A DNA stretch of 40,817 bases, taken from contig CAYQXI010000008.1 of assembly GCA_964421575.1 (NCBI GenBank), forward strand, positions 1-40,817. The letters are read 5' to 3'. Made by a program: the position numbers and the translations under genes. This document shows positions 34,381-40,817 of this stretch, in pieces. The notes below the pieces were generated by a model. It saw only the letters and a program-made list of their open reading frames with translations, made no database searches and was not told the DNA's origin. Origin of the DNA: an uncultured Nitrosopumilales archaeon (GTDB taxonomy: Archaea; Thermoproteota; Nitrososphaeria; Nitrososphaerales; JAAOZN01). Numbering within the stretch: the first letter of the stretch is position 1; each line of letters begins with the position of its first letter.

Positions 34381-35925
34381 TCACCCTCCTAGAAGAATCT
34401 TCACAGCCGGGAAGAGGCGCTCTGTGAACAGAGCTGGGTAAACTCCGATGAGCAGCCCAACAAAGGCCAAGAATAGTAGAGGTATGGTGACCGTAGGAGG
34501 CGCCTCCCTTACCTCTTGCAGATTCTCGGGCAATCTCCCGAAGAATATTCTCTTCATCGTCCAAAGCGAGTAGCCGGCTGTTAGAGGCGTTGCGAGGAGC
34601 GCTATGGCGCTCACAATCAGTTTCGCTAGGTCTCCCCGCTCTAAGGCACCTGCGAAGGAACCGTAGAAGATCATCCACTCTGACTGGAAGCCGTTGGTTG
34701 GTGGTATGCCCATTATGGTTAGGAAGCCTAGCATGGCTGCTGTAGCTGTTATAGGAAGCTTTCGCGCCAAGCCGCCCATCTTGCTTATACTTCTTAACCC
34801 GTGCGCTTGCAAGATTATGCTTCCCGCTGTCATGAAGAGGATAGCCTTGCCTGTGCCGTGGCTGACATACTGTAGCACAGAGCCTGAGAGACCTATGTAG
34901 AAGGCTGATGCTATGCCGAAGATTATGTAGCCCATTTGGCTGACGCTTGAGTACGCTAAGAGCCTCTTCACATCATCCTGCATAAGTGCCATGAAGCCTC
35001 CGTAGATGATTGTAACCAGACCCCAGATGCTTATGGCGAAAAAGATGTATTCGTATGCTGAGGGGAGTAGGTATAGTAGGATTCTTATGTAGGCGTAGCC
35101 TCCTATGCCGATCATAGCTGGCGAAAGCAGAGCGCTGATTGGTGTTGGTGCTTCAGCGTGCGCATAGGGGAGCCAGATGTGCAGACCAAATGAGGCGAGC
35201 TTCACGAAGAGCCCAACCGTTATGAGGATGGCTATCGCTTGAATGTATCCGAAGGGGATGGCTAAGGTATCGATATTCTTCCCCAACCCCCCCGATGGTA
35301 GGAGGCTGACCATATCGAAGGTCAGAGGCCTACCGCTATACCAAGATGAGAGGAAGGCTGTGGTCAAGATTCCAGCTAAGAGTAGTAGTGCACCTATGTG
35401 GGTCCAGAGGAAGTACATTAGAGAGATCTTTGCTCTATCTCCGTAGCCAAACTCCGCAATCAAAAGGTAGGATGGGATAAGCATAATCTCGAAGAATATG
35501 TAGAATTGGATGAGGTTAGTAGCCAGAACCGTACCGAGCATACCAGCTGCGTAAGTGAGGTATAATAGGTGGTAGATTCCGTGCTTTGCGTTCGCTGCGT
35601 GCTCATCTTTGACCTCTTCTTCGATTCGATGCTTCATATAGGGTATGGAGTAGACCGCCAGCACCGTTGAGAGAAGATAGATCGTTATCGCAAAGGGTAG
35701 GCTTAGACCATCTAATCTAAGCCCAAATAATCCGAAGGGTTGCCAAGAGTAGAGTTCAAAGTAGTCTGGGCTGATGGAAGCTGAGTAAATGAGGAGGAGG
35801 GTAGAGTAGGCTAAGATCGCAAAGGAAAGCCAACCAACCCTACTTCCAACCCTCCTCCCGATCAAATAGACGATTGGTGAAAGGACGATAGGCAAGAACA
35901 CAGCTTGGAGCAGAGGATTTATCAT
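34381..35925 (-). CDS. Second, divergent NuoM/MrpD-like antiporter subunit
   Basis: LIQFYIFFEIMLIPSYLLIAEFGYGDRAKISLMYFLWTHIGALLL and LHIWLPYAHAEAPTPISALLS follow the NuoM pattern but diverge from the canonical copy (AEFGYGDR vs GVWGGPRR). Sits between nuoK and nuoL. Confidence 0.85.
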   Translation of the reverse strand: MINPLLQAVFLPIVLSPIVYLIGRRVGSRVGWLSFAILAYSTLLLIYSASISPDYFELYSWQPFGLFGLRLDGLSLPFAITIYLLSTVLAVYSIPYMKHRIEEEVKDEHAANAKHGIYHLLYLTYAAGMLGTVLATNLIQFYIFFEIMLIPSYLLIAEFGYGDRAKISLMYFLWTHIGALLLLAGILTTAFLSSWYSGRPLTFDMVSLLPSGGLGKNIDTLAIPFGYIQAIAILITVGLFVKLASFGLHIWLPYAHAEAPTPISALLSPAMIGIGGYAYIRILLYLLPSAYEYIFFAISIWGLVTIIYGGFMALMQDDVKRLLAYSSVSQMGYIIFGIASAFYIGLSGSVLQYVSHGTGKAILFMTAGSIILQAHGLRSISKMGGLARKLPITATAAMLGFLTIMGIPPTNGFQSEWMIFYGSFAGALERGDLAKLIVSAIALLATPLTAGYSLWTMKRIFFGRLPENLQEVREAPPTVTIPLLFLAFVGLLIGVYPALFTERLFPAVKILLGG

Positions 35926-35927
35926 AT

Positions 35928-36236
35928 CTACCCCCTCAACCCCTTAATTTCAGACACATCAACATCCTTCCTCAACCTAAAGACTGCCAAGATTATCGCC
36001 AACCCAACGGCTGCCTCAGCTGCCGCCAAGGCTATAGAGAACATAGCTAAAGAGTGACCGGTAACTGATGTTGGGTGGAGATAGCGTGTGAAGGCTACGA
36101 AGTTTAGGTTAGCTGCGTTTATCAGAATCTCAATCGCAAAGAGCATCCTCAACGCATTCTTCTTCGTAACAAGCCCGTAGACACCTATGGCGAAGAGCAC
36201 AACGGAGACGAACAAGTAGTTTACAAGCGGCTCCAA
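35928..36236 (-). CDS. nuoK: Complex I-like subunit K
   Basis: LFAIGVYGLVTKKNALRMLFAIEILINAANLNFVAF. Start set to TTG 36236 (GGAGAGG 7 nt upstream), 1 nt after the nuoJ stop, rather than GTG 36272, which overlaps nuoJ. Confidence 0.85.
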   Translation of the reverse strand: MEPLVNYLFVSVVLFAIGVYGLVTKKNALRMLFAIEILINAANLNFVAFTRYLHPTSVTGHSLAMFSIALAAAEAAVGLAIILAVFRLRKDVDVSEIKGLRG

Positions 36237-36237
36237 A

Positions 36238-36726
36238 TCAATCCCTCTCCAACTTAGCCAAAACCACAGCACCTATTACAGCAGAGGCTAAGACGAGCGC
36301 CAAGGTGATGAAGGCGAGCCAATATTCTGTGAGGATCTGCGCACCTATGAGTGTAAAGGGCGCCTGTTCAACTGAAGGAATAACAGTTGCTATTGTTGAA
36401 GCGTAGACGAGGTAGCCTAAGCCTAAAGCGACTACAATCGCAACTAACACACCAGCCGCTCTATGCACACCCTCCTTCGCTTTAAGCCACTGCTCCCTTC
36501 GCACAAGCATAACCGTGAAGAGAATAAGGACAGCGATCGCCCCAACGTATACTGTAAGCTGGAACATTGCCAAGAAGACCGCATCCAACAGAGCGAAGAA
36601 GCCTGCAATCCCAACGAATGATAGGGCTAATGCGATGGCACCGTAAACGACCTCTTTAGCCTCCAAAGCCAATATTGCTGAGATTACGGTTATGACGGCA
36701 AGCACAGCAAACGCAACATCAACCAA
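36238..36726 (-). CDS. nuoJ: Complex I-like subunit J
   Basis: 162 aa. VVYGAIALALSFVGIAGFFALLDAVFLAMFQLTVYVGAIAVLILFTVML matches the NuoJ core. Confidence 0.85.
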   Translation of the reverse strand: MVDVAFAVLAVITVISAILALEAKEVVYGAIALALSFVGIAGFFALLDAVFLAMFQLTVYVGAIAVLILFTVMLVRREQWLKAKEGVHRAAGVLVAIVVALGLGYLVYASTIATVIPSVEQAPFTLIGAQILTEYWLAFITLALVLASAVIGAVVLAKLERD

Positions 36727-36743
36727 CCCTCATCACCACACCC

Positions 36744-37889
36744 CTATAGCTTAAAGCCTCCTAAGACAGCGGCTGCTGCTACAACCAGATTTATGAGGGC
36801 GAGTATGAAGTATACTGCCCAGCTCTGCCTTAGAAGTAGATCTATTCTTAACCTTGGGAAGACACCTCTAGGTATGAGTAGAAAGGTCGTGACGATGAAT
36901 GTTTTAAATATGAACCAGAACTCTGGGGGTAGAGGCTGAGGACCTAACCAGCCACCTAAGAAGAGTGTGGTAAAGAGCGCTGAGAGTACATAGAGTTTTA
37001 TGTAAACAGCTATACCCAATATCAACCCAAAGTTCATACCACCGTACTCCGTCAACCACCCTGAAACCAGCTCGGGCTCGGCTTCAGGTAGATCAAAAGG
37101 TATCCGCTCAAGCTCAGCCAAAGAGCAGATGTAGAAGGTTAAAGCGGATATCGGGGCTAGCAGAGCAAACCAGATGCTCGACTGCTTCTCCACGATATCA
37201 ATCAGGTTCAGCGAGCCAGCAAAAACCACAGGTGCGAGCACAGAGAGTATAAGTGGGATCTCGTAGGCAACCATCTGGTGCAGCGCTCTTAGCCCTCCGA
37301 GCATAGGGTATCTGCTGTTAGAAGACCAAGCAGCCATCAAAGCAGTTATAGGAAAGAAGCCTAGCACAGCGAAGATAACCAAAACACCGACATCAGACCG
37401 CGCTATCACCCACCTTTCGGTAACAGGTATAACAGCGATAGCAGCGGTAGCGATCGTCACAGTGAGTAGGGGTGCGGCTATGAAGAAGAAACGGTCAACC
37501 ACCCTCGGGATAACCAGCTCCTTGAAGAGAAGCTTCAGGACGTCTGCGATGGGTTGGAGGATACCTTCGAACTTCCCCGCATATAAGGGGCCTACGCGGA
37601 GCTGTATTTTAGCTAGGAGTTTCCTCTCCCATAAACCGGCTATAGCAGCATACAACGCCACAAACGTGAACCCGGGAAATACCACTATCCTAAAGAAGTC
37701 TGTATCCATAAGAGCAAAGGTAAAGGCTATCGCTTCTTGAGGATTGATAAGCATAGAAGGTGTTAGAGGAAAGCTAGGACCGATAAAGTAGTAGGCTGCT
37801 AAGATCGCAATCAACCCTAAGACAAGAATAACTATTATTAACGCCACTATTCTGATTAAAAAGCTTGTAAGCGTTCTAATTATGGGCAT
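36744..37889 (-). CDS. nuoH: Complex I-like subunit H (with about a 50-aa N-terminal TM extension)
   Basis: WERKLLAKIQLRVGPLYAGKFEGILQPIADVLKLLFKE is the NuoH signature; also ...SRYPMLGGLRALHQMVAYEIPL and LAELERIPFDLPEAEPELVSG. Confidence 0.9.
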   Translation of the reverse strand: MPIIRTLTSFLIRIVALIIVILVLGLIAILAAYYFIGPSFPLTPSMLINPQEAIAFTFALMDTDFFRIVVFPGFTFVALYAAIAGLWERKLLAKIQLRVGPLYAGKFEGILQPIADVLKLLFKELVIPRVVDRFFFIAAPLLTVTIATAAIAVIPVTERWVIARSDVGVLVIFAVLGFFPITALMAAWSSNSRYPMLGGLRALHQMVAYEIPLILSVLAPVVFAGSLNLIDIVEKQSSIWFALLAPISALTFYICSLAELERIPFDLPEAEPELVSGWLTEYGGMNFGLILGIAVYIKLYVLSALFTTLFLGGWLGPQPLPPEFWFIFKTFIVTTFLLIPRGVFPRLRIDLLLRQSWAVYFILALINLVVAAAAVLGGFKL

Positions 37890-37937
37890 AACACCACCTC
37901 TAAACTAAAGATAAGAGGGGAAGGGAGGCGGATTTGT

Positions 37938-38297
37938 TCACCATAGCTCACGCCTCGCAGCGTGATAAAGCGTAAAACCTAACGGGATAAGCAAAATGCC
38001 AATAAACAGAATTACTGCTAAGAAACCGCTCAGCCCAACGGTGTATAGAGAGATACCCCAAGCGAAGAGAAACATAGACATCACGTCGAAGGCTACGAAC
38101 ATAAGCAGATAGGCGTAGTACTGCATCATCAAGGAGAACTTACCTCCGCCACTTGGGACTTGACCGCATTCATACTGCGTTTCCTTTGGCTTATTGGGGT
38201 TCTTAGGTGCAATTAATATTGGTATTATAAGAAAAGGAACAGAAGCTGCAAACGCAAAACCAGCGGTTAGTAAAATCAATAGTAGATCCGAGGCCAT
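37938..38297 (-). CDS. nuoA: Complex I-like subunit A
   Basis: QYECGQVPSGGGKFSLMMQYYAYLLMFVAFDVMSMFLFAW. Start set to ATG 38297 (GGTGGGAGGA 10 nt upstream). TATA-like TTAAATAT lies further upstream. Confidence 0.88.
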   Translation of the reverse strand: MASDLLLILLTAGFAFAASVPFLIIPILIAPKNPNKPKETQYECGQVPSGGGKFSLMMQYYAYLLMFVAFDVMSMFLFAWGISLYTVGLSGFLAVILFIGILLIPLGFTLYHAARRELW

Positions 38298-38390
38298 GCC
38301 CCTCAAATCCTCCCACCAAAACCATATTTAAGGCTTGACATTCGCTATTGGCAGAAAGGGTTTTATCCAAGCAGCACGGAGGTAAGCTTG

Positions 38391-38672
38391 ATGCCCACAC
38401 ACCTCTCTAAGAAAGGTGATTTGCTTGAAGTTCGCTTCGTAGACGAAGATATAGCGCTAGCAGATATACTACACCATGAGCTTCTAAAGGACGAGAAGGT
38501 GGTATTTGCCGGGGTCGCTCCAAGCCACCCCTTATTGGCTGAAAACAAGCTAATTATCCAAAGTAAAGGAGAGCCTACTAAAGACTTGTTGGCGAGCGTA
38601 GAGAGAGCTCTCTCAACAATAAAAGAGATGTTGGATAAGACCGAATCTATTCTAAAGAAGCGAGGTGTGTGA
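38391..38672 (+). CDS. rpoL: DNA-directed RNA polymerase subunit L (Rpo11)
   Basis: LEVRFVDEDIALADILHHELLKDEKVVFAGVAPSHPLLAENKLIIQSKGEPTKDL follows the Rpo11/RpoL pattern (E.HT..N.L...L......V.fAgY...HPl). Confidence 0.8.
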   Translation: MPTHLSKKGDLLEVRFVDEDIALADILHHELLKDEKVVFAGVAPSHPLLAENKLIIQSKGEPTKDLLASVERALSTIKEMLDKTESILKKRGV

Positions 38673-38674
38673 AG

Positions 38675-39019
38675 ATGAGGTTCTGCCCAAAGTGCGGAAC
38701 CAAGCTCAGATATAGGCAAGTGAAGACCGAGGGGAAGAGTGAACCCGCGTTAGCGTGTGATAAATGCGGCTACTGGGAACCTATAGCGAAGAGCGCCACA
38801 AAACCCGTACTAAAGGAGTCAGAAGGAGAAGGTGTGATTAAAGTCGTTGGCGATGAGGAGCTGGAGATCAAGACGATGCCTACCACAACGATAGAGTGCC
38901 CCAGATGCCACAATAATGAAGCATACTGGTGGTTTCTGCAAACAAGGGGTGGTGACGAACCCACCACACAGTTCTACCGATGCACAAAGTGTGAATATAC
39001 TTGGAGGCTCTACGCTTAG
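38675..39019 (+). CDS. tfs: Transcription factor S (TFIIS-type; RNA polymerase subunit M-like)
   Basis: N-terminal Zn ribbon MRFCPKCGTKL...CDKCGY and C-terminal TFIIS ribbon CPRCHNNEAYWWFLQTRGGDEPTTQFYRCTKCEYTW. GAGGTG lies 6 nt before the ATG. Confidence 0.9.
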   Translation: MRFCPKCGTKLRYRQVKTEGKSEPALACDKCGYWEPIAKSATKPVLKESEGEGVIKVVGDEELEIKTMPTTTIECPRCHNNEAYWWFLQTRGGDEPTTQFYRCTKCEYTWRLYA

Positions 39020-39507
39020 AGCTGTAGATCTCCGAACCGCTTTATGTAGGGTATTAGCCCACCCACCTCTAAAATCTTCTTCATCGTATCAGGCAGAGGG
39101 GGGAAGCGTATCTCCAAGCCTTTCGTATGGTTAACCACAACTCCTGCTGAAAGATCGAGCGAAAGGAGATCACCATCATCTATCAAAGAAGTGTCACAGA
39201 TCACAGCTGGGAGACCTATGTTTATGGCGTTTCTATAGAAGATTCTGGCGAACGATTTAGCCACCACCGCTTCTACACCAACGAGCTTTATTATGGTTGG
39301 CGCGTGCTCTCTGCTTGAACCAGACCCGAAGTTAACACCAGCAACCACAAAGTCGCCCTTCTTCACATTCAAGGGGAAATCTGGTCTAGCATCCTCAAGC
39401 ACGTGCTTAGCCAACTCCTCTAGGTTGGAGCGGAGATGGAAGTATCTACCCGGCGCTATATGGTCTGTAGTTATATTATCCCCAAACTTCCACGCTCTAC
39501 CAGTCAA
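39016..39507 (-). CDS. leuD: Aconitase-family small subunit (3-isopropylmalate dehydratase LeuD / homoaconitase HacB type)
   Basis: GRAWKFGDNITTDHIAPGRY...GDFVVAGVNFGSGSSREHAP...FARIFYRNAINIGLP. TTG start directly follows the large-subunit stop. Confidence 0.88.
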   Translation of the reverse strand: MTGRAWKFGDNITTDHIAPGRYFHLRSNLEELAKHVLEDARPDFPLNVKKGDFVVAGVNFGSGSSREHAPTIIKLVGVEAVVAKSFARIFYRNAINIGLPAVICDTSLIDDGDLLSLDLSAGVVVNHTKGLEIRFPPLPDTMKKILEVGGLIPYIKRFGDLQL

Positions 39508-40761
39508 CTACATCACATCCCTGGGGTCTGTTATCCTACCATTTAAGGCGGTTGCGGCTGCTGTGGCCGGTGAACCTAGGTAGGTGTATGCAGCTGGATT
39601 TCCCGTTCTACCCAAGAAGTTTCGATTGGTCGTTGTGAAAATAACTTCTCCATCAGCAGGGACACCTCCTAGAGCGCCGAAGCATAAGCCGCATCCAGGT
39701 GGGGTTATTACCGCACCCGCTTCGATCAGCGTTCTTAATGTGCCGTCAGCCATCGCTTTGACATAGATCTCTTTTGAGGCTGGTGTGACTATCAATCTGG
39801 TCTCCGGATGGATCTGCTTACCCTTTAGTATCGAGGCTGCTATATGTAGGTCTTCGAGCCTTGCGTTGGTACAGCTGCCTATGAAGACTATATCCACCTT
39901 AACCCCCTTGACTTCGCTTACCGGCTTGACGTTATCTACAGAATGTGGGCAAGCAATCTGTGGTTCAAGTGCTGTGGCATCTATCTTGATGACACGCTCA
40001 TAGGATGCGTCGTCGTCGCTTCTGATCTCTCTGAACTCTTCAATCCTACCCCGCTCAGCCAAGTACCTCTTTGTAACATTATCAGATGGTACTAATCCGA
40101 CTTTAGCACCAGCCTCAACCACCATGTTACATAGAACCAACCGCTCAGACATTGAAAGCGAATCTATAGTCTCACCTACGAATTCGAGCGCCTTATAGTT
40201 TGCACCATCTGCACCAAGCAAGCCTATGAGGTAAAGTATAATGTCCTTCGCATATACGCCTTTTTGGAGAGAACCATTTACCTCAACTCTGAAAGTTTCA
40301 GGCACACGGAACCAAGTCTTACCGAGCGCAGCAGCTACAGCTACATCTGTAGCACCCATGCCTGTTGCGAACGCTGCTAGCGCACCAGCTGTAACTGTAT
40401 GTGAATCTGTGCCTACTATGATCTGACCCGGTGAAGCGTAGTATTCTGCTATGAGTTGGTGGCATATACCTGAACCAGCTTCATGGAATCTGCAGCCCGT
40501 TTCAGCAGCAAACCTTCTCAAGGTGCTCTGCTCATTCGAGATCTCTTTTCTGGGGCTTGGGACAACGTGGTCGATGAAGATTATTGTGCGCTTGGGGTTA
40601 TGGGGCTTTGATACACCAAGCTCTTTAAGTTGTTTTATTAGTAGTGGTCCGCTTGCGTCGTGTGTAAACACATAATCTACTTTTACAACCGCTACTTCAC
40701 CCGCAGATACGCTGCGGGCAGCATGCTCACTTAGAATCTTTTCAGCTATCGTCTTACCCAA
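39508..40761 (-). CDS. leuC: Aconitase-family large subunit (LeuC / HacA type)
   Basis: MGKTIAEKILSEHA..., VDYVFTHDASGP, GTDSHTVTAGALAAFATGMGATDVA, IGSCTNARLEDL, PGCGLCFG (Fe-S cysteines). Confidence 0.92.
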   Translation of the reverse strand: MGKTIAEKILSEHAARSVSAGEVAVVKVDYVFTHDASGPLLIKQLKELGVSKPHNPKRTIIFIDHVVPSPRKEISNEQSTLRRFAAETGCRFHEAGSGICHQLIAEYYASPGQIIVGTDSHTVTAGALAAFATGMGATDVAVAAALGKTWFRVPETFRVEVNGSLQKGVYAKDIILYLIGLLGADGANYKALEFVGETIDSLSMSERLVLCNMVVEAGAKVGLVPSDNVTKRYLAERGRIEEFREIRSDDDASYERVIKIDATALEPQIACPHSVDNVKPVSEVKGVKVDIVFIGSCTNARLEDLHIAASILKGKQIHPETRLIVTPASKEIYVKAMADGTLRTLIEAGAVITPPGCGLCFGALGGVPADGEVIFTTTNRNFLGRTGNPAAYTYLGSPATAAATALNGRITDPRDVM

Positions 40762-40817
40762 CGCGCTAACCCCGACCCTTTAACCATATTATGTTAGTAA
40801 CCAGCACAAGAGAGATT

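Noticed and set aside
29460-35446. Numerous 60-104-aa ORFs on both strands inside the nuo genes (e.g. 29516-29800, 33398-33712, 34376-34678)
   Set aside because: All lie within or antisense to strongly supported Nuo coding sequences in the GC-richer part of the window. Their R/S/A/P-rich composition is typical of out-of-frame reading.
38363-38719. 118-aa reverse-strand ORF upstream of nuoA
   Set aside because: It is antisense to rpoL, which has a clear Rpo11 signature. No nuoB-like motifs are present.
1-40817. Looked for CRISPR arrays, tRNA/rRNA genes, C/D-box sRNAs and GC-rich structured-RNA islands
   Set aside because: No regularly spaced direct repeats, no tRNA T-arm/acceptor patterns outside coding sequence, and no GC-rich intergenic blocks seen by eye. 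A covariance-model scan would be needed to exclude small RNAs.

Overview
Dense, two-strand archaeal chromosomal segment with about 44 genes. The archaeal assignment rests on RNA polymerase subunit L (rpoL) and transcription factor S (tfs) genes, A/T-rich BRE/TATA boxes about 27-30 nt upstream of first-gene start codons, and a GGTGA/GGAGG Shine-Dalgarno (SD) on operon-internal genes. I saw no rRNA, tRNA or CRISPR array by eye.

Gene content, left to right:
- Partial permease.
- FAD-linked oxidase (GlcD family) plus Fe-S/CCG subunit (GlcF-like) plus a 69-aa ORF.
- Luciferase-like oxidoreductase plus a small membrane (TM) protein plus an NCS1 permease.
- EtfBA and a class-III aminotransferase.
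- A 0.76-kb ORF-poor gap.
- A nine-gene biotin island: KipI/KipA/LamB (PxpBCA-like), a stand-alone biotinyl domain, biotin carboxylase, a BioY-ECF transporter and BirA.
- Sodium:solute symporter with a small TM ORF.
- A decayed IS6-like transposase pseudogene.
- A membrane HdrE/HdrD-like fusion protein.
- Tungsten aldehyde:ferredoxin oxidoreductase and glutamate dehydrogenase.
- Several small proteins and a polyprenyl synthase.
- A nuoA-H-J-K-M'-L-M-N operon.
- rpoL-tfs and leuCD-like genes.

Most noteworthy:
1. The biotin island looks like a split urea-carboxylase-type enzyme of unknown substrate, physically coupled to biotin uptake and biotin ligation.
2. Its biotin carboxylase gene has no canonical start codon.
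3. The complex I operon encodes only membrane subunits (no nuoB/C/D/I). It carries a second NuoM-like antiporter subunit and a long NuoL with an apparent 26-residue repeat in the lateral-helix region.

All functional calls come from reading motifs by eye. No database search was run.
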